A stretch of 64,000 nt of DNA. Source: Mobula hypostoma. Taxonomy: Eukaryota. Shown here piece by piece: positions 50,633-62,680 of this stretch. Under the pieces are notes generated by a model, which ran no database searches, was not told the origin of the DNA, and saw nothing but the letters and a program-made list of their open reading frames with translations. Positions within the stretch are counted from its first letter, which is position 1. Every line of letters begins with the position of its first letter. The position numbers and the translations under genes are program-made. The stretch covers positions 27,158,001 to 27,222,000 of the forward strand of contig NC_086097.1 of assembly GCF_963921235.1 (NCBI RefSeq), in the 5' to 3' direction.

Positions 50633-52760
50633 TCTTAGAGAGCAGTAGGTGCGTGGAATGTGCTTCTGGTGGTGGCAGGGGCAGATACATGAGGGATATT
50701 TAAGAGACTTTTGGATATGGATGAAAGAAAAATGGAGAGCTATGGGGGAGAAAAGGTTAAAAGAGTAGTACAACATTCAAGTAGGTTAAAAGGGTAGTAC
50801 AACATTGTGGACTGAAGGGCCTTACAGTGCAGCACTGTGTACTGTGCTGGATGGTTCAATGTTCTATGTTGCTTCTCTACCAATCAATGCATTGTGACAA
50901 TGGATATGACTAGCTTTGCCCCTGATTACTCTCCTCCTTTTCAAGGACAGAGATAGAAACCTACCCCTCGTAAGACAATAAACACCTTCTGAATATGAAC
51001 ATTGTTAACCTTGGTGGAACATGTGGCAAACATGTGGACTGCCCTCTTCACATCCTTGGTAGTCAATGCAAATAATACGCATTTCATTGTACGTTTCGAT
51101 GCGCAAGCGATCAATAAATTGGAATCGGAATCTGATTGCCAGCAAGGATGCAGGGGGCTGAAGGATCTGTTTCAATGTTGTATAATAATGATTACAAACA
51201 TCTGAGGTTTCAAGATGAGAGAGCTGCTCCTAATTTATTAAGCTCTTCAGAAGTGCAGTGTTAAAAATGGAAATTAATTCAGAGAGCTGTATATCAGTCA
51301 TTCATAAGGTGCATCTTAAACACATTAACCTTGTGCAGACCTTTGTGGTGTCATATTAGCCATTTTAGGCATGTAACATATTGCGGAATCCAACACCATT
51401 TCTAGTTACTAACAGCATCATCTGCCAGGTGAATAAGTTGCCAGGGATGTTTTAATAGCAAATATAATCAATGACGTAAACGCCCAATAATGAAGTCATT
51501 ATACAGAACTGGTTACTGTTGTCTCTCTAATTGTTAACTTAGTGAAGGGATGGAGATAAAAATGGTCCACAGTTGCTCAATGAGCATTTACACAGGAGCT
51601 TTGTTTAGTCTCGATAAAGACTTCTTTCTTTATAGCCACCATTTTTGAACACATATCTTTGAACTGTGCCAGCCTGTCGGCTTGAGCTGTAAAACTGAAA
51701 TCCATTCATGGCACTCTGCAAAGTTTTCCTGGTGTCCTGGGCCAACATTCCTCTGAAACCCCACACCACTGATACAGATACCAGTCCTTCATCTCACTGC
51801 AGTTCTGCTTGTCTTCAGAAGGAGTGCAAAGAGCTTTGAGGTGTTCCAAAGACAAGCAATAAAGACGAAAACCGCTATAACTTAAGGATTGCCACTTATG
51901 GTTTCTCCTTCCCTCATAATCTTCGAAGTGCAACTTGTGTCGATTCTTATTTTCATCACTTACTCTTACCAGAAGGCTGTTATATTATTTAAAACATGTA
52001 AGTATTACAATAATTAATAGTCACTATTAATAATTACTGTGTACAGTAACAATCGCACTCAACAGATCAGGCAGCTTCTGTGTAAAAAGGAAAACAGATC
52101 TCTCATTTGCTATTCCAATGAAGGATCTTAAACTCAAAACATGAATTGTTTCATTTTCCACAGATGATTCCTGCGCTGCTGAACATTTCTATTTCCGATG
52201 CCTAATATCTGATTTTTTTTTTGGTGATTTTGGTAATATGACCATCTGGTTGTGATATGGGCCAAACATGGGCAACCGGAACTAGCATGGTGGGCATGGA
52301 TGAGTTGGGCTGAAGGGCCTGTTCCTTTGCTCTATTATTCTGTGAGTCTGTGATCCACTGAAGACCCTCAGGAAGGACTTCTGATACCTTTAGCTGATAT
52401 GCCCACGCATAACTTCAATGTGAGCAGAGCAACTTTATAGATACACCATAGAAAGCATATTACCTGGATGCACCATGGTTTGGTATGGCAACCGCTCTGC
52501 CTGAGACTGCGAGAAATTGAAAGAATTATGGAGCCAGGTCAGCATATCACACAAGCCAGCCTCCCCTGCGTAGAATCTGTCTAAACTTCTTGCAGTCAAC
52601 ATAATTAAAGACTCCCCCCACTCTGGATATTCTCCCTTCTCCCCCCTCATGTCGGGCAGATGATACAAAAGCCTGAAAGGACGTACCACCAGACTCAAGG
52701 ACTATTCCACTTCTACCCTGCTGCCGTAAGACTGCTGAACACTCTCCTAGTAGAATAAAG

Positions 52761-52940
52761 CTGGCTGGTGGTGTAGTGGCGTCCGCACCGGACTTCGAGG
52801 CCAGTGGTCCTGGGTTCGAATCTGGACGGCTTTCCATCCGTGCTGGGTTGAGTATCGAGCTGGCAACTGGGCCACGTAAAAAAACAGACAAAGTGCTAAA
52901 GAAATGGGAAGGTGCCACAAGGCGTGGAAAGGAACAACAA
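52761..52940 (+). mobile_element. tRNA-derived SINE inserted in a Rex 3' fragment
   Basis: A box TGGTGTAGTGG, B box GGTTCGAATC, (AAC)n tail, imperfect TSD tagtagaataa/tagcacaataa. Confidence 0.7.
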
Positions 52941-53349
52941 TTAGCACAATAAGACAGACTCGTGATCTCAAAATCTACCTTGTCATGGCTTTGCATCTTA
53001 TTGTCTGCTTGCACTGCACTTTCCATGCTACTGTAGTACTTTATTCTGAATCATTATTGCTTTTTCTTTGTACTATCTCGATGTACTGATGTGGTGAAAT
53101 AATTGAAGTGGACGACTGTGTCTCAGTACCTCTGACAATAATAAGCCAATTACCAATGTGACTGACTCTTCACTCCCCTCTGATCGGGTTGTTAAGCCCT
53201 TCAGTTGCCTCTGTCCAACAGTACTGTGGGAATACCATTGATTCACTGTCTGTTGCAGATTGCAAAGGCACTTTCTCAGGGGCAATAGGAAGGAGATAAG
53301 GAGCTTAGTGACATGGTGTCATGAAATCAATGGCAATAAAACAAACATC

Positions 53350-53955
53350 GTCATAGTCATAGTCATACTTTATTGATCCCGGGGGAAATTGGTTTTCGTT
53401 ACAGTTGCACCATAAATAATTAAACAGTAATAAAACCATAAATAGTTAAATAGTAGTATGTAAATTATGCCAGGAAATAAGTCCAGGACCAGCCTATTGG
53501 CTCAGGGTGTCTGACCCTCCAAGCGAGGAGTTGTAAAGTTTGATGGCCACAGGCAGGAATGACATCCTATGACGCTCTGCGTTGCATCTTGGTGGAATGA
53601 GTCTCTGGCTGAATGTACTCCTGTGCCCACCCAGTACATTATGTAGTGACACACATAAAAGTTGCTGGTGAACGCAGCAGGCCAGGCAGCATCTCTAGGA
53701 AGAGGTGCAGTCGACGTTTCAGGCCGAGACCCTTCGTCCTGACCTCTTCCTAGAGATGCTGCCTGGCCTGCTGCGTTCACCAGCAACTTTTATGTGTGTT
53801 GCTTGAATTTCCAGCATCTGCAGAATTCCTGTTGTTTGCATTATGTAGTGGATGGGAGACATTGTCCAAGATGGCATGCAACTTAGACAGCATCCTCTTT
53901 TCAGACACCACCGTGCGAGAGTCCAGTTCCATCCCCACAACATCACTGGCCTAAC
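53350..53955 (-). mobile_element. Rex/Babar-like 3' fragment hosting a Penelope-derived insertion
   Basis: (TATGAC)n tail; homologous to 25233-25694; interrupted at 53649-53838. Confidence 0.8.
53649..53838. mobile_element. Young Penelope-like fold-back insertion with partial hammerhead ribozyme
   Basis: Perfect 58-bp inverted arms 53649-53706 / 53742-53799, a 39-nt 3' extension, and a 12-bp TSD cattatgtagtg. Confidence 0.85.
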
Positions 53956-56900
53956 GAACAAGCTGGTCACTAACCTCAGAAGGGGGGGCGGGGTGATGCA
54001 CGTGCTCCTGTCTACAAAAAGAGTTGAGGTTGGGAGGGTTGAGCGCTTCAAGTTCCTAGGAGTGAAATAACATCACTGTCCAACCACATTGATATCATAG
54101 CTGAGATAGCTCACAGCCACCTGTACTTCCTCAGGAAGCTGAGGAAATTTGTCATGTCCCTGTCGACTCTCAATAATTTTTATCCATGTACCATAGAAGG
54201 AATTCTGTTTTGATACGTAACAGCTTGGTTTGGCAACTGCTCTGTACATGACTGCAAAAAAGTACAGAGAGTTGTGTACAAAGCTCAGCACATTACAGGA
54301 ACTTGCCTTTCCTCAGTGGATTCTGTCTACGCTTTTCGCTGCCTTGGTAAAGCAGCCAGCATAACTAAAGAGGCCATCAACTTTGGGCATTCTTTCTTCC
54401 TCTGTCTCCCATCAAGCAGAATATACAGAAGTCTGAAAGCACAAACCACCAGGTTCAGAGGCAGCTTCAACTCACTATTGTCAGGTTACTGGAAGAGTAA
54501 CCATTATGGGATGAATATTAAATGGTGGCCTTGTCATTCAGGCTCATGTGAATTCAAAAATTGCAATTTTAGGTATTAATATTTTACAATATTTAACAAG
54601 ATTAGGTAACATCTCAATTACATTGTGATATTTTTATTTATTATAATTACTGACTTAATGTTTAATATTTATAGAAGGGATTGAAAGGATTTAAATGATT
54701 TTGTTGATTGCCTTTGCCGCAGTATTTTGATGTGTTGTTCAAGATTTCAGCAAATGTGTGTCTTCCACCTTTTCATCCTGAAGATGGGAGACATGTCAGA
54801 AGGATCAACTGCAATACAGGGGAAAAAATGCCTTTATTTAAATGGTTAGTTCCTAGATGCAAATCATTCTGTTGGATTCAGTTGTCGTATCTCAGGGGGT
54901 TTGAAGGAAAAGCCAATTCCTGCCGAGCAGCCTACTTGTTATGGAATCATTAGTCAGCTGCGATTGTGGCCACAGTGAAGTCTAGACATTTGAAAGTTGT
55001 GGGAGGTGGCAGTAGTGGGAGGATGCAACAAGGGAGATGACACATGAGCATTCGGAAAGAAAAAGCACAAAAGATTCATCGACATGATATGGTTATGCCA
55101 TTTCCAAACTGAGTAAAGATTAGCTTTATTTGTCACATGCACATCAAAACATACAGTGAAATGTGACAACCAACACAGTCCAAGGATGTGCTGGGGGCAG
55201 CCCGCAAGTACTGTCCTGCTGCCAGCACTAACATAGCATGTTCACAACTCACTAACCCTAACCCTAACCCTTCAGTCTTTGGAATGTGGGAGGAAATCCA
55301 CGTGCCCACAGGGAGAACGTACTAGTTCCTTATAGAGAGTGAGTGGCAGGAATGGAACCCTGCGATCTCTAGTCCCGTAAAGTGACTGTGCTGACTGCTA
55401 CACCACCAGGCCACCTATTATGGACAATGATCACAATCAGATCGACAAAAAGCATCAATCAGTATCTACCCCACTCTGACCTGCATGCACAGTTTGAACT
55501 CACAAGGGAGAAGGGAGCGACAAACAGTGTACTGGAGGAACGCATCAAGTCAAGCAGCATTTTGGGAGGAAAGGAGCTGTTGGCGTTTTAGTCTGAGACC
55601 CCCTATCAGGACTGAGAGTGGAGAGGGGAAATGGCTGGTGTAAAGGTGGGGAAAATGGTGAAGAGAAATGAAAGATGACAGACAGGTAGGTGGGTGAGAC
55701 AGTGGCAGGAGGACGAAAGATGATATATAGCAGGAGAAGGGAGATGCTAAGCAACAAACACAAAATGGTGGAGGAACTCAGCAGGTCGGGCAGTATCTGT
55801 GGATAGAAATAAAACAGTCAATGCTTTGGGCCAAGACCCTACATCAGGAATGGAAAGGATGACAGGAGAAGAAAGTGGGGGGAGGAGAAAGGAGTACAGT
55901 CTGGAAGGTGATAGGTGAAACCAGGTGAGGGGAAAGGTGGGAGAAAGACGTCAGTCAATTGAATGCAGGTACCTGGGATCCACTGTACGTCCAAACTGGG
56001 AGGCCTGGAAAAGGAGCTGGAAGCCATGTGGAGCAAGATGGCAGCAGAGACAAGGTTCCCAGAAAGGACACATGGCTGTACTAATGAGTGTGGGTGAGTA
56101 CATGGTTGAAGAGTCAGAGACCACAGAGGGGGTGACAGTAGGAGAGAGTCTCACTGAGCTCTGATCGAAGAGAAGGTTGAAACTTACTCAGGGTGGGCAT
56201 ACCTCAAAAAGACTTTGCAGTGGAGTACAGTTACATGCTCTTGTGAAAAGGGAGTCATGCCCCAAGACCCCTGTCTGCTGCCTCCTTGACCCCAGCTCCC
56301 ACAGGCTGTAGACTTGACACTTAATAATTTTCACTGTGAAGGCAATCAGTTAAACAAACAGTTTCTGTTACCATCTCTCAGAGAAACTAGGGCTTGGCAA
56401 TAAACGAGGCCTTGAACAAATAGAAAATAGGTTTGTATGTGCTTACGGAAAAACCGTGATGTCATTATTAATGCAGAGTCCTTATCAACAACAAGCTTCT
56501 TTAAACATAGTAATGTGCCCCAAGGCACTTGGCAAGTGGCAGGTAAGAGCACATTTCAAATGGAAATTCAGAAAAGGATTATAGAAATGGACAAAAATAT
56601 AATTGCAGACCTCAGTTTTCTGAGGGGAGTGTTAAACAATGTGAGGGATGTAACAAGGGAGAGGGGCCGAAGAAGAGACATTAATATAAACATGATAGTT
56701 ACAAATCTCAGAGGGCATAAAGTATTTTGCAATCTATTATGATTGAAATCTGACACAACACAGCTCAGCCCCAGAAAGAAATGGATGACGATGATGATGT
56801 GATGTCGGTTGACAATAAACGATGGCACTAATTGCTGCGGAGAATTTCCCTGAATAACAACAGGGGATCCTTTATGTTCACCTGAGAACGCAGGCTAAGT

Positions 56901-58599
56901 TTAATGTGTCAACTGCGGGAGAGCAACTCCCTCAGTGCTGACACTGGGGTGTTGGCCTAGATTGCAGGCACAAGTATTTGGAGTAATCTCCCACTCCCTA
57001 TAAAAAAAATTGCCAATTGTAATATTTTTCCTGTCACCTTACTTGAGATTAGTTGAGGTTGGGGAATGAATATAGACATTATGCAATCATAACAATTTAC
57101 CTGCAGAGGCACTGAGGGAATCTAGAATCACTGAAGAAAAGATAGTTTAAATGTGCTGGAATGATTCTACAATTAATATAAAAGTAATCCTTTCGAAACA
57201 AGTGCACAATTCAAGTGCAAAATTTATCTTTACCCTACTTTTGGACATTATATTTACTGGTGGATTTGCTACAGTTTGGCAGCTGATAAATCAGACAATA
57301 TAAAAAAAATCTATGGCATATGACATCTAATGTAATACTCTGCTGCTAAGGTGGAACTGCGTCTAATGTGGTCTTTCCCTTTAATAGCACAAAGACTGTG
57401 ATACTGACACATTACCTTGATATCAATTCTAGGTTCTCTGACTTTGCAGTGGGGGCTTTGCATACTAAAAAGCAATTGTAAATGTTCCAGCATCTATGAA
57501 AAAAGAAATCATTGTGAAGTGATAGCGTCGCTTTCGTTTTTGACTTTGTGGTTTGACAGATGCACTCAAAAACAAAGTAATATTTACTATGTGGTGCATC
57601 CTCCAAAAATTAGACCTTAAATATTTTCCAACAGGTAGAGTTTAATTTTTGATTCACCTTTCTCTTGAGGATCACAGATTCTATCACGTCACTGGGCACA
57701 AACCATTCAGCCCGCCTCAACAAAGGCCTCGTTGTCACATAAGCAAATGATAAAAATGATTCTCCTTGTCAGGACATTAGGTTGCATCCCACGGTAGTTA
57801 CATTATCGGAAATAAAGTTATTATGTTGTCCATGGACGGCTTAAATCAACCAAAAAAAAAATCAATGTGGAAACAAGATGAGACACTTTGTGATTTCTGT
57901 ATTCTGCATGATCTGGAGACCTGTCAGCGTTGGTTTAATTTTCACTGATTCACTGCAAAGCACCCACTGTTTTAGGGTTATTTGCAGTTCCACTGTTGTT
58001 TGTCCACCATAACAACCACGTTGGCAGCCTAATACCCCTCTGTAGCATTGAACTGTATCCTGCCTTCATTCTCTCAACTTCTACTGCAATCGGTGACAAT
58101 ATCAGACTAATCAGTCACATCCACCACATGGCGTGTGATCCCTCGCACACTGCCAAGTCTCTGTTCCCTGCCTCAGCAAAGAAATTGTGCCTAGAAAAGG
58201 GCAATTGCAAGAAGCCCAGCAAGCTGCAGTACAAATAACAGAACTATCAGCTGATTTACATCACCTCTTAAATGTGGTCATTAACATAATCCATCTGAAT
58301 CAGAGTGTGTTCGACAACATTGATCTGTAAAGGCCTGCATTTATTACCCCTCTCTGATTGCCCTTGAGAGGGAGGTGGCTAGCACCATCCTCAAGTCTTG
58401 CAGTCCTTCTGGTAAAGGTACTCCCATGCATTGCTCTCAGGGAGTTTCAGGATTCTATGACTTAAAGGTTCATTTTCCACAAGCCTAACAGTTTTTCTTT
58501 CAAAAATAAATATTCTAAAAAGAACGTGTTTCCAATATCACCTCCCTTGGTACATAAATGCAAGCAGAGCATACAGTAGGTGGAGAAAGAAACTTCTTC

Positions 58600-58905
58600 C
58601 ATACGCTCCAGGGTCTTGAACACAAAACATCTGGATTGAGTCTCTCTGGTGTAGTACCGAGGGGCAGAATTGCTGTCAGAGGTACAGTACCAACTTTCAG
58701 ATGAGAGGTTAAAGCTGAGACCTGGTCTTTTACCTGCAAATATAAGAAAACTCACAGACTCTCAGCACATGTACACCCTCAACAGCATTACCAAAACATC
58801 AATCTCTTTGCTGTTCATGGGAGTATTAGTGTGCACACATTAGCTGCACTGTTCCGGTGCTTTGAACTTCAAGGATGGAGTGTGCTACAAAAAATGCAAA
58901 TCTTT
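58600..58905 (+). mobile_element. Ancient Deu-domain SINE remnant (others at ~56830-56990 minus, ~51700-51850 plus)
   Basis: GTGTAGTACCGAGGGGCAG..TTGCTGTCAGAGGT..CTTTCAGATGAGAGGTTAAAGCTGAG resembles the Deu-domain consensus. Confidence 0.55.
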
Positions 58906-59199
58906 AATTTATAATTAGACAATATGGTGGAAGAGGCCGTTCAGCCCATTGTTTCTTTGACAGACCATCCACAGACTCACCAGCCTCCTTATATTTTGCA
59001 GAATCAGATTTATTATCAAAAACATAGGTCGTGAAATGTTTTGTATTCTACCAACAATAGTTTCATATTTATACAATATAATTGCTCCAGTCTGTACTGT
59101 GCACTCCACAATCCAGTTCCTTTCAGGGCACAGTAATTATTCTTTTGCACTCTCTCTTTTTGCTCCTGCTCCCCTCCTAACGTAACATTCCCGGCTGTT

Positions 59200-60500
59200 G
59201 ATACCTGGACTGGCAGAGGCTGCAATTGCACAGCATTGGCACCGGCTCCCACTTCCCCCATCACAGGCAGCATCGCCTTGACGCATTGCAGGTACACAAC
59301 GACCAATGGCAGAGCGCGAAACATCCGCTCACCCATTGCAGGTACGTCTGAACCAATCACAGCGCGCAAGACAAGCTCGATGGACTTCCCCTCCTTCGTT
59401 ACCCCGCCCCTCCTCTCTCCACCCCCAACCCCCCCCACCCTTTCCGCGCCAACCAGGCAGTTGAGGCGTATCACCCGTCCCCTTCCGCCCGTAAAAAAAA
59501 AAGATCCCTCTTGGTCGCGGACGGGAACGCCGGCCCTCGGTTGACTTGGTATGACAGCGATGGGGTCGGCGCCGAGGGAGTAAAAAGAAAGCAGAGGCGT
59601 CGGGGATGAGGGATTATTTCTCCGCAGGTTGTTTCCTCGTCCACTCCGCAACACCCAACCCCCCCCCGGCCGCCGCCGGCGGCGGAGGGATACACAGTAT
59701 ATATGTAGGAGCGCGGGGGAAGCGCGCGGCAATCGGCGCCAGTGGGCTCGCGAGGCGTGGAGCAGTAGCTCGTTTCCGCAGCTAGCGTGCATTCCTGTCC
59801 TATCGCTTGCCATGGTGCGTATCTTCGCCTGGACAAGGAGACCACGTCTCATTTTCCTCCTTTTTCTCTCTCCTCTTCCACCTCCCCTTCGTCTTCAAGC
59901 CTTTGAGCGAGAGGGTGGGAAGGGAAGCGTGTTGGTGCCGGTTGTCGCGGTAATGGAGCGTGGGCGGGGGGGTCGAAAGTAAGATGGCGGTCGGTGTGTA
60001 TCAGCGGCTGTCAGGTGGATGGCGCGTTTAACCCTCTTCCTCCTCGGGTTGGTTGCCGCTAGTTCTCGAAAAGCGGCTTCACTCGCAATAGGGAAGGAGT
60101 GTGTAACCTCCCCGGCACGGAGGGCGGGTCCGGCGGTGGCGTTTGTATGAGGGTGGTGAAATGGCCGGTGTGCGCGGCGAGAGAAGCGAACCACGTCTCT
60201 TCGCCTTTTGGGCTTTGCGGCGGGATGGGCGCTGGTTTTTCCTGTTGTGTAGTTGAGCTGCAGCAAGGGGCCGCCGGGTTGATGCATCTACGCCGCCCAC
60301 CCCATCACCTTTTCCATTGCCAGCTGACTCCATGCATTAAGGATTAAAATCGGAGCAACGTTTCGGGAGAATAGATGGAATATCTCAAGGGTGTGTTTAT
60401 CTCATGCATTTGCGGCTGTAGTCCGCAAAATTAAAAAAAAAGTGCGGTTTCCTGATTCAGATGGCTGTTGCATGCAGCGAACGCCGCGTTCTGGAAAACC
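59200..60500 (+). promoter_or_regulatory. Calmodulin CpG island/promoter: CCAAT boxes, GC box, AGGGA element, TATA-like box, intronic YY1-like site
   Basis: ATTGG 59235-59239, CCAAT 59303-59307 and 59353-59357, CCCCGCCCC ~59402-59410, AGGGA 59686-59690, TATATAT ~59698-59704, AAGATGGCGG 59981-59990. Confidence 0.8.
59812..59814 (+). CDS. CALM1: Calmodulin coding exon 1 (initiator ATG only)
   Basis: gccATG|gtgcgt: a Kozak ATG directly followed by a splice donor, the classic vertebrate calmodulin exon-1 layout. About 110 nt downstream of a TATA-like element in a CpG island. Confidence 0.88.
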
Positions 60501-62649
60501 ATCGCTGCAGTTTAGTTCTCGTTACTGTCACTGGTCAGTTAGGGGCCAGGTGTCACCTAATTTGTTGAGGTAATCGTCGCCTTCTCCAATCCTGCTGCGA
60601 TTTGAAGGTTATGCCGAAGTGCACATGCTTGCTAAGGTGTTTTCTGGTTGAGTAGTCTAAGTTTAGCCTGGAGGCCCCGTCTGTTCAAGCGAGTTCCTAA
60701 TTGGCCTGATATTTGAGCTTGCAAATTAAGGTAATGTCTGTTGTTCTAATATGCTTGAACGAGGTTCTGGTCTCATGTGCACGCCTAAGATCATAAATTC
60801 ATAATGGCTTAGGAGGCAATTTAGACAATCACGTATTTTTTTAAAACTTCCAGTGGCGTGCTATAATTGCAGATTGCATTGCTTCAATGGGTTTTTTCAT
60901 TGGACTGGAGAGCGAGGTATTGTTTTCCAGGCCTAGGATACCATTGACAAGCTGGCTTTTGTTACAAGTATTAGAAAAAGCTTTGGCAGTGATGTATTTG
61001 TTTTATGTAGCTGGTGTCTTGCTTTCTTTGGTAAGGTTGACTAAGATTTGCAAATTGCTGCGCTTAATCTTAGCGCTAGTTATAGCATAACAATTAGATA
61101 ATCAAGAAATAGTTTTTGTCTGTATTAAATGGTTTTAAATGACTTCTGCATGTTTTTTGCACTATTAACTCAGGTTGCTTTATGAGAGTGCATGCCATGA
61201 AATTAACAAGTAATGCAAACCTAGTCAAAAGCTTCTCTTGACTTTTGGACACTGGTGAACTGGCTAGCTTGTGTTTAATTGGTCTGTGTTGTGCAACTTG
61301 TCGTGAAGATGAATTGAGGGGCGAAGTCCAGCAATTAAGTTATCAAATAAGAATTACTTAAAAAAAAAATAATTGGATCTCAGCAGTAAGTTTCTAGGTT
61401 CTGGCCTACCACCCTTGAGGGGGCAGCGTCTTCAGAAGTACAGTAGCGGTGATTGCATTTGCAGTTTTTCCATTTAGGTTGCTACTGATTTCATTTTAAC
61501 TGGTTTTGGGCATGGGTTGGTACACAAGAGCTCCAATTGTCATCTAGGTGCAGCATTCTTTATTGTGAGATCAAAGTTGAACCTCTGATTTCTTAAATTG
61601 CTAACAAGTTTGAAAGGTTGCTTATAAAGGAGCAACCATTCCTGGGATGTTTTCTTTCCCTAATGCGATGGCTATCTTGTGGCTTTAAAAATGTTTTCAA
61701 TATTTAAAAGTTTAATTTTCTAAGAAAAAGATATAATAGCTCAATGCTGACCCATTTGATCTGATCTGAAGGAAAGTTTTAATTAAGCCTGATTTTAAAA
61801 AGTCGGAATGTAGATCAAGGCCCCCATCTTCAATGAAGTATAGAACTGAAAGGTTTCAACTTTGTTAAGGTGACAGGGTGTTTTAGCCACGTTAGTATGG
61901 CTATCAGTGTCTTGATGTAACATCATGCAGATAGTTTTGAATATTTTAGTTTATTCATATGAAAGCTAATTTCAGTATGTAATTATAAATGTGAGGCGGG
62001 TATAGCAGATCTACTTTTGCACAATGTAAAAACAAATACAGTAATAAGGCATGTGTAGTGGTATCAGAAGTTGAGTCCATTCAATTTGGCACTTTTGCAG
62101 TGCCATTAATTTCATTCTCAATTTTGGAATATGCACGTTGATCTGTAATTTCTTGCATTGGTCTCCCTTCCGAAGATTAATAAAAGGGGATTGACTTGAG
62201 TGTGCTTGGGAGATGAAGACTATCAGTCAAGATAACAAATCCACAGTTCTTAAAGCTTTGCCGTACAGATTGTTGTTCACAATCTTCAATCTTTTTGAGT
62301 TAAGTTTGGGTTTGGTTTTTTTATCTGATTCATTTGATAGATCCATTTTGTAGCAACTTCAACTTTAACCTTGGTGCCACATTCTGATAAATATTTAAAA
62401 TATGAGGGTGGAGATCTTCGTTACATGACCTTGCACTGGAAGTTTCTACCACTCAATTTGTATTTTTACTCTATGGTGTGGTCTTAGTTTTACACAACTG
62501 TTTCAATTGCTTAACATAAAATGTAATTTTACTCAAAATTGAAAATTACCCTGGTCCTGAAAAGCTTTAGTTTATAGGGTGTAATAGACTGCTCTGGGTT
62601 TAATATCTTAATGGCATGTATCAGTTAAGTTGTGTTTTTTTCCTTGCAG

Positions 62650-62680
62650 GCTGACCAGCTGACTGAAGAACAGATTGCTG
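62650..62680 (+). CDS. CALM1: Calmodulin coding exon 2 (ADQLTEEQIA, then first base of E); gene continues beyond the window
   Basis: Polypyrimidine tract-tgcag|GCTGACCAGCTGACTGAAGAACAGATTGCTG|gtgagt, a 31-nt exon giving the calmodulin N-terminus. Paralogue identity (CALM1) is inferred from NRDE2 adjacency. Confidence 0.93.

Noticed and set aside
52761..52835. Possible tRNA gene (also 29285-29360)
   Set aside because: No complete cloverleaf; continues into a SINE body and tail with TSDs.
53649..53799. Pre-miRNA or DNA-transposon MITE reading of the perfect hairpin
   Set aside because: The asymmetric 3' tail, 12-bp TSD and hammerhead remnant fit a Penelope-type retroinsertion better.
55250..55272. 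(CCCTAA)n telomere-like run
   Set aside because: Only about 3 units, part of the V-SINE body (ACTAACCCTAAC) seen in other copies.
59016..60347. Long ORFs (up to 278 aa) around the calmodulin promoter
   Set aside because: Stop-codon scarcity in a GC-rich CpG island; low-complexity products with no recognisable domain.
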